Below are positions 1 to 9,814 of a stretch of 64,000 nt of DNA, one piece after another; positions within the stretch are counted from its first letter, which is position 1, and each line of letters begins with the position of its first letter. The DNA lies in IMG/VR virus record IMGVR_UViG_3300033141_000124, positions 32,001-96,000 of that record; one strand, written 5' to 3'. The position numbers and the translations under genes are program-made. The DNA comes from a virus. The notes beneath the pieces were generated by a model. The model saw only the letters and a list, made by a program, of their open reading frames with translations, ran no database searches and had not been told where the DNA came from.

Positions 1-2510
1 TTTATATCTACCATAGAACCATATCCTGCAGATCTAATTTCAGCTAGTAATACATCATTTCTTCTATCCTTTTCATTTTCTTCCATTTCAACTTGTAGCT
101 TCATTTGCTCTTCTTTAGCTTTAGCTTCTAATTGTTGCTGCTGCATTTGTTGAGCTTGTTGCATTTCTTGTTGACGTTGCATTTGTTGTCTTACTTCAGA
201 ATCTTTAAGTATATCTGTCACCTCTGCAATAGAATCTGCTTTAACAATGTTACCTAATTCATAGATACTTGCTCCTGTAGTATTGTTAGTAAGAGCCATT
301 TGCTTTAAGTTCTCTAAGATAGCTCTATGATTAGTTTTAGTTGTTGCAAAAATATTAAAGTCTCTCATTAATAGATCTGTACCATTAATTGTAAAATTAA
401 CTTTTTCTGCTTCTGTTGAAATATAAGAAAGTCTAATACTTGGATTATTACTTTGATAGTATTGTGCAAGATCAGTTCTCATTTGATGTACCCTAGGCAT
501 TAGTTGATCTGAATGCTGAACAAAGTACATTTCTGTTTGGGCATATGATTGTTGCATAGCCTGTACTACACCAGTTGCTGTCTGTGCTGATACAGCACCT
601 CCTAAACGTTGTGGATTAACACCAATAGCATCAAAACATTGTTGTTTAAAATAGTTTGCTAATTGGATTCTAGACATAAGTCTACTAGTCTGCTCCATGT
701 TAAGAGTCTGGTAGTGATTGAAGTTGGTTGCATTCTCAGTATTAGTAATTGAAGTATCTAACGGTAACATTTGAAAATCCTTCATTGCTACGTATGCTTT
801 GGCATAATTATTCTTACCCCAGTCCTCACCCATAGAGTGACGTGGTAAAGCATTTTGATCAAACATTATTACTGTCCCTAATTCATCTATTAGAATGTCT
901 GCAATTTGATTATTAACCATATTGTAACCAACTTGATAAGCCTTCATTAAATCTACTAATGAAGTTGACCTGGTATTTCTATCTGAGAATACTCTTCCTT
1001 CTACTGGAAGTTTACATCCATATAGTGTATTGTTTCCTTTGAATTGAAAAGGTAGTCTACCAGGTTTTGTTCTATTTATTCCTATGTATATTGGATTTAT
1101 ATTATCACCCATAGTGGATCTCCACATAGCAGGTAGGTTTGGTCCAATTTTCACACCACCCCATACTTCATTAATCCATATCCATTCAATATGTTCTCCC
1201 TGTAATAGATTCTCAGCAGTTTTATTTTTGAATATAGAAGTATCATAAATAGGTTTTTCAGTTACCTTGAATGTTTCATCTACAACTTCTTGTATAACTT
1301 CTCCATCCATTTCTATTTTTGTAAGGTGTCCAACTTTACGTTGAGTCTTCCAATAAATAGTTGATACTCTCATTAAGTTACCTTCATCTAGTGGTGTCAT
1401 ATCTTCACTCTGATCAAGGATCTCACTTATAATATCTCCTCCTACAGCTGGATCATTCCAATAATTACTTGTGTATTGTCTATATGCTAATCCAGGCATA
1501 TTAGTATTCCATGCATGAGATCTAGTAGCATCATAGTAAGCACCATCATTTTGATAACCATTTACTTGATATTGTGCAGATCTTGCTGGATAAATCTTTT
1601 GTAATGATTTAAGTTGTTTTTCATCCATCAAATATCCATACCTATCTACTACATCAGCAACAGTCATCAAATCAATCTTACCAACATAATTTGAATCTGC
1701 TATATATCTTTGGTCAGGAGATTTTTGATAGAATGTTAATACCGGATTCCACAACTCTACATCATAGTCATCTTCTAACATACGGAAATGCCAGAACTCT
1801 CTATCACATATGAGCATATCACGGAAACCTCTTTCTTCTAACTCTTGCATATGGAATCTTTCCTCATCTACATTCATTTGATGAGTAGCCCATTCTTCTA
1901 CCATACTTCTATATGACTTACTAAAAAAGTCTTCTATCTCTGGTAAAGTCTTAATATTTTCTGGAGCTAAACTTTTTTGTGCTTCTTCTGATCCAGGATC
2001 CATACCCATCTCAAGCATCTTCATCAAAAGATTTTTCTCAGCATCAGCTAATAAAGCTTGTTCTACTTGCATTCTTTTTTGTTCCAACATCTCATTGTAA
2101 GATGTATCATCTACTGCTCTGAATTGTACTTTAGAATATCTCTTTGCAAACTCACCTGTAAGAACATTAACAACATTTGGAATTATAGGATAAAACTTAA
2201 GCTCAAGTGCAGAATCATTCTCTTGAGTTAATACATCCATCAACTCTTTATAGTCATTGTCTGGTTCAACAATATAATCTGATTTATCAATAATACCTTT
2301 TGCAAGTTTATAATTCTTAAGAAGTCTTCTTGCATTTAAACGTAAGAACTCTATACCTTGTAATTCTAACCAATCTAAATTCCAGGCAGCCCAGTCATCA
2401 GTTTTTTTAGAAAAAGGTAAAAATTGAGTAGGTTGAGTTAAGCTTGAAAACGTAGGCCCACTTTCTGCTTTTGCCCCATTTTTAAGTTGCATTGCATTTA
2501 ATACTCTCAT
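1..2510 (-). CDS. Portal protein, crAss-like (3' end runs off the window; missing from the ORF track)
   Basis: ATG at 2510; manual translation gives MRVLNAMQLKNG...TQPTQFLPFSKKTDDWAAWNLDWLE...LELKFYPIIPNVVNVLTGEFAKR, and spot checks further down show the frame open toward position 1. YPII/N-V-L-GE signature and position directly downstream of TerL match crAss-like portals. Confidence 0.88.
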   Translation of the reverse strand, partial: MRVLNAMQLKNGAKAESGPTFSSLTQPTQFLPFSKKTDDWAAWNLDWLELQGIEFLRLNARRLLKNYKLAKGIIDKSDYIVEPDNDYKELMDVLTQENDSALELKFYPIIPNVVNVLTGEFAKRYSKVQFRAVDDTSYNEMLEQKRMQVEQALLADAEKNLLMKMLEMGMDPGSEEAQKSLAPENIKTLPEIEDFFSKSYRSMVEEWATHQMNVDEERFHMQELEERGFRDMLICDREFWHFRMLEDDYDVELWNPVLTFYQKSPDQRYIADSNYVGKIDLMTVADVVDRYGYLMDEKQLKSLQKIYPARSAQYQVNGYQNDGAYYDATRSHAWNTNMPGLAYRQYTSNYWNDPAVGGDIISEILDQSEDMTPLDEGNLMRVSTIYWKTQRKVGHLTKIEMDGEVIQEVVDETFKVTEKPIYDTSIFKNKTAENLLQGEHIEWIWINEVWGGVKIGPNLPAMWRSTMGDNINPIYIGINRTKPGRLPFQFKGNNTLYGCKLPVEGRVFSDRNTRSTSLVDLMKAYQVGYNMVNNQIADILIDELGTVIMFDQNALPRHSMGEDWGKNNYAKAYVAMKDFQMLPLDTSITNTENATNFNHYQTLNMEQTSRLMSRIQLANYFKQQCFDAIGVNPQRLGGAVSAQTATGVVQAMQQSYAQTEMYFVQHSDQLMPRVHQMRTDLAQYYQSNNPSIRLSYISTEAEKVNFTINGTDLLMRDFNIFATTKTNHRAILENLKQMALTNNTTGASIYELGNIVKADSIAEVTDILKDSEVRQQMQRQQEMQQAQQMQQQQLEAKAKEEQMKLQVEMEENEKDRRNDVLLAEIRSAGYGSMVDI

Positions 2511-2521
2511 TCTTTGATATT

Positions 2522-4711
2522 TTATTTATAATTCTTAAAACCAGATCTCCTAATTTTCCTTAGTTGACTGCTTTTTCCACGTCCTATATTTTTGAACGGA
2601 CTATACTTTAATTTACTTATTTTATTTGGATTAACCAAGGAATTAGACTCAGATTCACGTCTTTTAGAGTATCCTCTATTAGATTGTTGAATTTTAGCAA
2701 ATGCAATTAAAGCACCAAAGGCAACTAGTCTATCCACGTTTAGTCCTGGATAGTAAGCTAACATTTCTTTTAATAACATAGGATCTGGTATTCTTTCTAC
2801 TCCTAAAGTTTGATTCATTACATTACCACTATCATCTAAATCTTCATCAATTACTTCTCTTATAAATTCTATTGCATATGATATAAGATGACTCTTAAAC
2901 AGTGTTCCTGTATTCTTCCAACCATACTCTTGATATACAGTTCTATTAGACCCCAAATCTTTTAAAAATAATATCTGTTGTTTTGGTACAAGGTATCTTT
3001 GTTTTTTCCTTGCAATCATATGTTGTATAAATAATGATATGTTATTTTCAACAAGTGTCCATGCATTATACCATTCTATTAATAATTCTAATCTCTCATG
3101 TGTTTTATTTATATCATCAAACCTACCACACCAAGCTGCTACTATTTTATCTTTTTCTATAAACTGTTCAGTGTCACCTGCTTCTGTTGTTCTAATTACT
3201 TCTACTGCATTCTTATATACAAATATGCTACATAATGAATCTGATGTTGTTGTCTTTCCCTCTGATACAGGGTCAATAGATGCATAGTATGCACCAAATT
3301 CTGGTTTCTTACTTGCTGGTCTTTCCCATACTACAATAGTACCTGTCTTATCATGTTGCTTCTTATTTACAGGGAACTCACTAATAGGAAGTTTTTTAGT
3401 TCTCTTTGCTATAATACCTTCTTGTTCTCTCTCTAACTCAATAAGCTCATATGGGTATTCTTTTTCTTCTACCTTTTTTAGTTGCTTACTTAGTATACCT
3501 TGTGGAAATATAGATGCTTTTCTATATGCAAAAGCTTCTGAAATATTCATTGGTTTCTGAGATATCCTTAACTGATATTGCTCACCATTTAATTCTGACT
3601 TCCATCTTTCTCTTTCTTTTATTATTGCTTCTTTTGCTTCTTCAATTTGTGAATTACCATAAGCATCTATGTAGGGAGGCATTGACCATTGCTCAGGTAT
3701 AAATAAACCAGCTTTAGCAATTGTTCCGTCAGCATCCATTAAGTCTGTCTCTACAGCATATATATCATTTGATTCAGGATTTAGTATCATATCTTTTAAT
3801 GGCTTGCACTGATCTAAATCTCCCACTGATCCTGCTGCTATAAACATACCTGTAGTCATCATTCCAGATGACATTGCAGGACGTAAGTATTCATACGTCT
3901 CAGCCATTTTAGGAGCAATTCCTGCCTCTTCATGAAAGAAATAAGTACAAGGTCCACCAACTCCAGTTGTAGCGTTCTTTTCAAAGGATCCACCTTGTAT
4001 TTTAGATTTTAATCCTCTAGCTGTTTTTCTATTACCAACTTTAACTTCTATTTGTTGTTGCCATAATAAAACTTTCTCAGGGTTACTTGGTCTATACCAG
4101 GCAGTATGCTCATTTAAAAAAATTTTATATTCTTCTAAAAACTTCCAAGATCCTTTATCATTAATAAAGTCTTTTAATGATGCACCAATTTTACATGTAC
4201 TACCTTCTTCAAACCAGTATGTATTAATTATCTTAGCCATATGAAAGTATGATGATGCTATCTGACGTTTTTTAAGTATAGCAGCATGCTGATTATTTAA
4301 CTCAGCTAACCATTCATATAATGCCATATGGTATTGTGCATCTCTTACTTTTGCAAACCCATACTTTTTTTCTTCCTTATCAAATATAGGAAGAAAGTTT
4401 AACCACATATAATAATCTCTAGTTATATACCAGGTCTTGTCCTTATCAATGTATATAACACCATTTCTACATTTATCTTTTTGGTCATTCCAATATGTAG
4501 TAAAATCTTTGGATCTAAATGGACTTGTGCAGTATACTCCTTCTTTATTAAATCTTTTAGCTTCTTCATTGAATTTATAAGCCATTTCAGTAAACCCATA
4601 TTCTCCAGGTTCACTAAAGATAGACTCAATAAACTCTCTGAATTCTAAATCATTTTTAAATTCAGTGGTTGTCCATTTATTATTATCATATGTAGGTATA
4701 GTTCTACTCAT
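2522..4711 (-). CDS. terL: Terminase large subunit
   Basis: Walker A-like ILKKRQIASS, Walker B YFFHEEAG, RNase H-like nuclease YYASIDPV and terminal NVDRLVA; adjacent to the portal. Confidence 0.95.
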   Translation of the reverse strand: MSRTIPTYDNNKWTTTEFKNDLEFREFIESIFSEPGEYGFTEMAYKFNEEAKRFNKEGVYCTSPFRSKDFTTYWNDQKDKCRNGVIYIDKDKTWYITRDYYMWLNFLPIFDKEEKKYGFAKVRDAQYHMALYEWLAELNNQHAAILKKRQIASSYFHMAKIINTYWFEEGSTCKIGASLKDFINDKGSWKFLEEYKIFLNEHTAWYRPSNPEKVLLWQQQIEVKVGNRKTARGLKSKIQGGSFEKNATTGVGGPCTYFFHEEAGIAPKMAETYEYLRPAMSSGMMTTGMFIAAGSVGDLDQCKPLKDMILNPESNDIYAVETDLMDADGTIAKAGLFIPEQWSMPPYIDAYGNSQIEEAKEAIIKERERWKSELNGEQYQLRISQKPMNISEAFAYRKASIFPQGILSKQLKKVEEKEYPYELIELEREQEGIIAKRTKKLPISEFPVNKKQHDKTGTIVVWERPASKKPEFGAYYASIDPVSEGKTTTSDSLCSIFVYKNAVEVIRTTEAGDTEQFIEKDKIVAAWCGRFDDINKTHERLELLIEWYNAWTLVENNISLFIQHMIARKKQRYLVPKQQILFLKDLGSNRTVYQEYGWKNTGTLFKSHLISYAIEFIREVIDEDLDDSGNVMNQTLGVERIPDPMLLKEMLAYYPGLNVDRLVAFGALIAFAKIQQSNRGYSKRRESESNSLVNPNKISKLKYSPFKNIGRGKSSQLRKIRRSGFKNYK

Positions 4712-4979
4712 CTCTAATTATTGCAAATACATCACCAGCTTGAACTAATAAATGTTCTTCTCCTTCATGTTCCATTGGTGTTGGCATTGCATAATCAGCA
4801 TATTGAACTATATCTCCAACTTTTATTTCTTTTACTTCAGCACCTATTCCTACAACAGTTCCTTTGTATTCTTTCTTTTGTGCTATTTCAGGAATAATAA
4901 TTCCTCCTGCAGTTTTTGTTGCTTGTTTAGTTTTTTTTAATAATAGTTTATTACCTACCGGTATTACTTTTCTAGCCAT
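4704..4979 (-). CDS. groES: Co-chaperonin GroES (Cpn10)-like
   Basis: PVGNKLLLKK, mobile loop KTAGGIIIPE, GTVVGIG, IKVGDIVQY and C-terminal DVFAII; 91 aa. Confidence 0.92.
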   Translation of the reverse strand: MARKVIPVGNKLLLKKTKQATKTAGGIIIPEIAQKKEYKGTVVGIGAEVKEIKVGDIVQYADYAMPTPMEHEGEEHLLVQAGDVFAIIRDE

Positions 4980-4996
4980 ATTTGTTGATTTAATTT

Positions 4997-5515
4997 TTAT
5001 AATTGGTCATAAGCTAATCCTGCACCACCACGCACAGAGCTTTCTTGTTCTTGCTTCATATCTAAAAATGCACCTTTGTAAGATTGTCTAATTTGCTCAA
5101 ACTTAGCTGCAGCATTAATCATAGAATTCATATTACCATCTCTACCATGCTCTATTGCAGTAACCTCCATATACTTAGCTAATCTATCTAACATAGATTT
5201 AATACCTACATATGCTCTATATGTTGGTGTTTCATATAGTTTTTTACACATGTCCATAGCATATCTTATTGGTCCATCCTCTGGTGATTCTTCTAAATTT
5301 ATTTCTTCTATAATTATATCTTCCTTTTCATGTTCAGGTAAATTAAAGAATGGGTTGATGTCTGGATCAGGACATGTCATATAAAATACATATTGATATA
5401 CCTGCATATATGTATCAGGGTATTTATCCATTATCTTCTTTAAGAATGGTAATGCATAACAATGCTCTGTTACTACTAATGTTTGATTTTGTACATCAAA
5501 TAATCTTACTATCAT
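4997..5515 (-). CDS. Conserved hypothetical protein upstream of TerL (possible terminase small subunit)
   Basis: 172-aa ORF with helical C-terminus ending VRGGAGLAYDQL; function inferred from position only. Confidence 0.5.
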   Translation of the reverse strand: MIVRLFDVQNQTLVVTEHCYALPFLKKIMDKYPDTYMQVYQYVFYMTCPDPDINPFFNLPEHEKEDIIIEEINLEESPEDGPIRYAMDMCKKLYETPTYRAYVGIKSMLDRLAKYMEVTAIEHGRDGNMNSMINAAAKFEQIRQSYKGAFLDMKQEQESSVRGGAGLAYDQL

Positions 5516-5757
5516 GCTATCTCACTTTTAAATTCTTCATAACCTATTTGTAATACTATAGGTTTTTCTGCACCTTTCATTAATACTTCAGTATAGTCAT
5601 CTTGGAAAGCTTCTCTTCCATAATGAAAGTACTGTTTAAAGTATGCTACATCATTAAGATCTATAGTTACCTTAGTCATATAAAACTGAAAATCAGTTGG
5701 TATTTTTGATGTTGATGATTGTATTGGTACAGCTGCTGTAAATTCTTTTAATTTCAT
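5512..5757 (-). CDS. Hypothetical protein
   Basis: 81-aa ORF overlapping both neighbours by 4 nt. Confidence 0.7.
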   Translation of the reverse strand: MKLKEFTAAVPIQSSTSKIPTDFQFYMTKVTIDLNDVAYFKQYFHYGREAFQDDYTEVLMKGAEKPIVLQIGYEEFKSEIA

Positions 5758-6566
5758 TGGTTATCTTTTTTCCACATCATCAATGATCTTACTTCATCTT
5801 TTAGATATGGTAGTTCATACATTTTTATTTCTTCTAATACTGGTTCACCATCAACATGTTCATTAATGGGATATCCATTTTTATCTTCTCCTATTTGTTT
5901 AAACTTAACATGTTGAATAACTAGTTTACCTATCTTAAGTTTAGGGTTATGCTTTTTAATAATATACGCATAAATACTGAGTTGTAAGTTATAATGGTTT
6001 AAATTACAATCATCTAAATGGTTTACAGGTCTAAACATTTTATTTGTTATACCTTCCCAATTAGTAAATCCTTTTTCTTTTATTTCTTTATTTGTCTTAT
6101 AATCTGTAATATTTATATAGCCATTTACTATCTCTACTAAATCAGCTTGACCACATATACCTACAGATTTTAAATAAACTAAATGCTCAGGATATACTCC
6201 TTCTTCTAGTTTTTGTTTAGGTGCTATCTTTATACCATTATTATCTACTATAGGTTTTATTATAGGTACTTCTGTACCATATCTTTCTATAGTTTTAAAT
6301 TCCATCATATCAGCCTCTCTTTGATTATGATAAAAATTACCTAGGTTAATAGCTCTTTGTGTTTCACCATCCCAAGCAGCTATGATATCTTTTGGTTTCA
6401 TACCATACCACTTAGACCTTTTGTTTTTAGATGACTTTAGTGCTTGACCATCTCTATCAAACTTAGGTTTAAATTTACCTACAAGACCTGTTACACTTGT
6501 CCAAGTAATATTATCTTGGTCAATGCTCTCATAAACATGCCCTTCTTCTTTAAATACTACTGCCAT
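5754..6566 (-). CDS. PD-(D/E)xK exonuclease (RecB/Cas4-like)
   Basis: TSVT motif, GNFYH, ICGQADLV...ITDYKT and YNLQLSIY. Confidence 0.88.
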   Translation of the reverse strand: MAVVFKEEGHVYESIDQDNITWTSVTGLVGKFKPKFDRDGQALKSSKNKRSKWYGMKPKDIIAAWDGETQRAINLGNFYHNQREADMMEFKTIERYGTEVPIIKPIVDNNGIKIAPKQKLEEGVYPEHLVYLKSVGICGQADLVEIVNGYINITDYKTNKEIKEKGFTNWEGITNKMFRPVNHLDDCNLNHYNLQLSIYAYIIKKHNPKLKIGKLVIQHVKFKQIGEDKNGYPINEHVDGEPVLEEIKMYELPYLKDEVRSLMMWKKDNQ

Positions 6567-6666
6567 GACATTCAGTTATTAAATTATGTGTATCTGTTGT
6601 ACACCATATTACAACTAATTCAGCTGTAACATCTGTATCATCATTTATTAATTCTTTATTGTGCAT
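6550..6666 (-). CDS. Possible 38-aa small protein (not in ORF track)
   Basis: MHNKELINDDTDVTAELVVIWCTTDTHNLITECHGSSI fills the gap and overlaps both neighbours. Confidence 0.35.
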   Translation of the reverse strand: MHNKELINDDTDVTAELVVIWCTTDTHNLITECHGSSI

Positions 6667-6985
6667 TTTCTTCTATTTGTTGGTTTATTTTTATTTCTGT
6701 TTCCTCATCAACATAAGCTTTCCAAAAACCTTTTGGACACTCAGATGATAAAGATCTAACTTTAAAAGCTAAACTACAACCACAATCTGAACAACATGGT
6801 TGTGTTCCTGGAGCTAAACAATCTTTACCAAATGCATCAAATAATGAACAACCTATACATACTTGAAATCTATCTGTTGCTACAGCTTCAACGTGTTCCT
6901 TTTTAAAAACATTATTAGATAATCCTTCTGCAATCTGATCAAGATTTTTAAATGCTCCTAATAATTGTTTTATTTTACTTGCCAT
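6656..6985 (-). CDS. Cys-rich zinc-binding protein
   Basis: RFQVCIGC...CCSDCGC.L..K.RSLSSECPKGFW pattern. Confidence 0.75.
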   Translation of the reverse strand: MASKIKQLLGAFKNLDQIAEGLSNNVFKKEHVEAVATDRFQVCIGCSLFDAFGKDCLAPGTQPCCSDCGCSLAFKVRSLSSECPKGFWKAYVDEETEIKINQQIEENAQ

Positions 6986-7340
6986 TTTTATTTTTCTTAA
7001 ACTCCTTTTTAGTTTTAATGTTATTTTCTATTTCTTGCATAGCCTTTTCCATTTGCTCTATATTACGGTTTATATCTTCACTCTTAGCAAAACCATTATA
7101 TGTTCTTTTAGCAATGTTACCTAACATACTTTTATTTTTTTTAATAGCTTTATCTAATTTAGATTTCCTTAAAACAAATGTTCCTAGACCATCTACTTGA
7201 ACTCTAGGATATTCTAAATTAGATAACTTATTTCTAAGTTTTGCATAATAAAAAGAAATAAAATCATCTACAACAGATTGATGAACACCCACCTTTTCTG
7301 CTATACCTTCTTTAAATACCTTATGCTTCTTGGGATTCAT
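6975..7340 (-). CDS. IHF/HU-like DNA-binding protein
   Basis: IAEKVGV...VVDDFI...RVQVDGLGTF, matching the HU/IHF V-x-I-x-G-L-G-T-F strand; such genes are typical of crAss-like late regions. Confidence 0.75.
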   Translation of the reverse strand: MNPKKHKVFKEGIAEKVGVHQSVVDDFISFYYAKLRNKLSNLEYPRVQVDGLGTFVLRKSKLDKAIKKNKSMLGNIAKRTYNGFAKSEDINRNIEQMEKAMQEIENNIKTKKEFKKNKNGK

Positions 7341-7692
7341 TACCTAATATTTTATAATCTAGTAATACTAATCCTTCTACTTGTACATTAATATCAGAAC
7401 TAATAGAAATAGTCTTTTTATTTGTACCATTTTTTATAACTAATCCTTTCTTAGCAGCTTTTGTAATAGCATTACGTGCTGATTGTGGACTCTTAAAGAT
7501 ATCTTTATTAACTAGTTCTATACAAAACTTAGTTAATTCTATTCCATTTCTTTTAGAAAGTTCCATCAAAAATTTAAGATCAGAATTACTTATAATTATT
7601 TCTTTAAAAAAACAATAAGATAAAATTTGGTACATGATACATTTATCCATACCAACTTTTAATTTTAAATCTACTTTCTTAACTAATGCCAT
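7321..7692 (-). CDS. Hypothetical protein, possible winged-helix
   Basis: SPQSARNAITKAAKKGLVIK resembles a wHTH recognition helix plus wing. Confidence 0.55.
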   Translation of the reverse strand: MALVKKVDLKLKVGMDKCIMYQILSYCFFKEIIISNSDLKFLMELSKRNGIELTKFCIELVNKDIFKSPQSARNAITKAAKKGLVIKNGTNKKTISISSDINVQVEGLVLLDYKILGNESQEA

Positions 7693-7693
7693 A

Positions 7694-8626
7694 CTATAAA
7701 CTCATTATTAAATCCACTAATCCTGGATGCGGATAGCAATCCATCTTATCATTTCTAACATTAGTATGTGTAAGTAATCCTTGTACTTTACCTTGACATG
7801 CATCTTCTTGATATCCAAAACCTTTTGAAGGACCATACTTCTTGATATACTGTTTTAATCCTATTCTAACATCTATCTCATCTCTTTCTCCTACCCATCT
7901 AATCCACTTATCAATCTCTTTGAGTTGTTTATCAGAATAGTTATGCCAATATAATCTACCTTTGAATGCTTCAGGTAACTCACATATCTGATCAGCATGA
8001 CAAGTAGATCCAACATAAGTTTTTTTGTTACTATCTAAATAACCCATATTGCATATTTCTATACCTACTGAATTTCTATTCATTATACCTGATTTAGTTT
8101 TACCTAAATGCCAGCCTTGATTTCCTTCTGGAAAAGCTTGTACCATTACACCATCATATTCATCACTATTGTTTCTATGATTTTGTCCACCAAGTATAAA
8201 TTCTGTAGCAACTCTACCTCTTGTATCTCTACCCCACATATCTACACAAGCATATGGATTTGCATTACCTGCTGTATGGTGTAAAAATATCCATTTATTA
8301 TCTACAGGATTACTCTTATTTCTTTTAACATATTCTCCGTCAGGTAAATAATATTTGTGTATTATCTGATCATAAGGGGTGTTAAAATATTGACTAGATA
8401 AATCATTATCTTCATCAATTGCATCCATGTGTCTTGTTCCAAAGTTTAACATTAATGACCAAGTTTCAGATCCAACAATACCATCAGGAGTTAATCCATT
8501 TGTAAGTTGAAATCTAATAACATGCTTCTCAGTTATTGGTCCAAAATCTCCATCTGGTGTTAATCCTAATTTTTGTTGAACCTTCATTACATCAGGATTC
8601 TTATCACCTCTTTTTAAAATTCTCAT
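7694..8626 (-). CDS. Endolysin: peptidoglycan-binding domain plus N-acetylmuramoyl-L-alanine amidase (Amidase_2)
   Basis: LKRGD...DGDFGPITE...FQ...GLTPDGIVG (PG_binding_1); IFLHHTAG, GWHLG, SVGIEICN, THTNVRNDKMDCYP (Zn amidase). Confidence 0.92.
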   Translation of the reverse strand: MRILKRGDKNPDVMKVQQKLGLTPDGDFGPITEKHVIRFQLTNGLTPDGIVGSETWSLMLNFGTRHMDAIDEDNDLSSQYFNTPYDQIIHKYYLPDGEYVKRNKSNPVDNKWIFLHHTAGNANPYACVDMWGRDTRGRVATEFILGGQNHRNNSDEYDGVMVQAFPEGNQGWHLGKTKSGIMNRNSVGIEICNMGYLDSNKKTYVGSTCHADQICELPEAFKGRLYWHNYSDKQLKEIDKWIRWVGERDEIDVRIGLKQYIKKYGPSKGFGYQEDACQGKVQGLLTHTNVRNDKMDCYPHPGLVDLIMSL

Positions 8627-8944
8627 TTATTCTACTTTACTTGCAGCATTTTCCATTGCTTCTTTAAAAGCTTTTGCTTCATCAGAATTTGGGCTGACAT
8701 TATTGTTTCCTTCTTTTTGGGCTGCAAATGCTTGTGCTAAATACATTTGAGCTTGCATTCTCTTTGCTCTAGACTCTTCAATAACACATAGTAATTCTTC
8801 ATACTCTGCTTGAACAGTTAAATGTGGTATGTTGTCTTTGTAGAACTTAGTAATCTCTTCTCTACGTTCAGCCATTTCTTCTTTAGAAAGTTCTTTTTGA
8901 TTTGGATCTACGTTAGGATCCAGCTTGATAGTCTTGTTTGCCAT
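8627..8944 (-). CDS. Hypothetical helical protein
   Basis: 105-aa ORF preceded by a TATGTTTG element. Confidence 0.7.
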   Translation of the reverse strand: MANKTIKLDPNVDPNQKELSKEEMAERREEITKFYKDNIPHLTVQAEYEELLCVIEESRAKRMQAQMYLAQAFAAQKEGNNNVSPNSDEAKAFKEAMENAASKVE

Positions 8945-8975
8945 TTTAAATTGGTTTTTAAATTAATACTATTTA

Positions 8976-8983
8976 CAAACATA
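8976..8983 (-). promoter_or_regulatory. Bacteroidota primary-sigma -7 element (TAnnTTTG)
   Basis: TATGTTTG on the minus strand about 32 nt upstream of the ATG at 8944, in an intergenic gap. Confidence 0.55.
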
Positions 8984-9023
8984 CATAAATAGTTTAAATA
9001 AAAAAAGTTTAAGACTAAAATAT

Positions 9024-9338
9024 TTATTTAAATTTATATAAACTGTATTTGAGAGTGATTTCTTCACCCATTTCTATTTTACGGAGAGTTTTTAGTTTCT
9101 TGTATGTAAAATCTGCATCATCTTCTACTAATTCACAGTTAGGTTCATTATGATGATTTATAAATCCTCCTAGTGGAGTACGTATGTAATCATGTTGAAA
9201 CTCAGGATCATAGACATGAGTGATTCCCATATCTATTCCTGCAGGTATATCTTCTTTTGCAAAGATCCCAGCACCGTGTATGTCTGAAGGACCTATTGTA
9301 AGATAGTCTGGTAATGGTTTATAGGGTTTGTTTTCCAT
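9024..9338 (-). CDS. Minimal SET-domain protein (putative lysine methyltransferase)
   Basis: S-x-IHGAGIFAKEDI (GxG motif), GGFINHHNEPNC (NHSC-equivalent) and I-x-x-GEEITLKY (ELxFDY-equivalent). Confidence 0.9.
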   Translation of the reverse strand: MENKPYKPLPDYLTIGPSDIHGAGIFAKEDIPAGIDMGITHVYDPEFQHDYIRTPLGGFINHHNEPNCELVEDDADFTYKKLKTLRKIEMGEEITLKYSLYKFK

Positions 9339-9531
9339 AGGGCTTTGTTTTTTGTTTAAACTGTTCCCAAGTTTGTATTTGATCTTTGTGAGATCTGTTT
9401 CTATTATACTGATCTATGTACCATTGTTTGTCTCTTTCCATATATGTATCATCATCTATGAGAGGTGCATGCTTTATCTCATGAGCAATCCATACCCAGA
9501 GTAATATAAATACAACAATAACCCCTACCAT
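9319..9531 (-). CDS. Small protein with N-terminal transmembrane anchor
   Basis: MVGVIVVFILLWVWIAHE; 70 aa. Confidence 0.65.
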   Translation of the reverse strand: MVGVIVVFILLWVWIAHEIKHAPLIDDDTYMERDKQWYIDQYNRNRSHKDQIQTWEQFKQKTKPYGKQTL

Positions 9532-9812
9532 TTTACTTTGTGTGACCAGTATCTTGCTGAAAGTTTAGAAGGACTTGAATCTTGTGCATTATGTCTAGCA
9601 TAATATGATTTCTTTCTAGCTTTATCTTTTGCTGACTTAGGATTTTTACCAGCTCCTTTTACGCCTTGTTGTCCAAAACGTATTGTTTTTATTTTATCCC
9701 CTACTTTTGCTACTACAACATGAGATTTAGTAGGGTGACTTGGAGTACGCTTTGGTTTATTATAACCAGATACGCCTGCTCTTGCTAATCTTGGATCTTT
9801 TTTCTTTGCCAT
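9525..9812 (-). CDS. Small basic protein (DUF6321-like)
   Basis: Likely start MAKKKDPRL at 9812; NKPKRTP...IRFGQQG...ARKKSYYARH...SARYWSHKVKW. Confidence 0.7.
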   Translation of the reverse strand: MAKKKDPRLARAGVSGYNKPKRTPSHPTKSHVVVAKVGDKIKTIRFGQQGVKGAGKNPKSAKDKARKKSYYARHNAQDSSPSKLSARYWSHKVKW

Positions 9813-9814
9813 AA

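Noticed and set aside
5754-6566. Cas4 nuclease as evidence of a CRISPR system
   Set aside because: It lacks the four-Cys Fe-S motif and there are no cas genes or array; stand-alone PD-(D/E)xK nucleases are usual in crAss-like phages.
9024-9338. Eukaryotic giant-virus origin suggested by the SET domain
   Set aside because: Portal, TerL, amidase endolysin, holin and crAss-type vRNAP establish a tailed bacteriophage.
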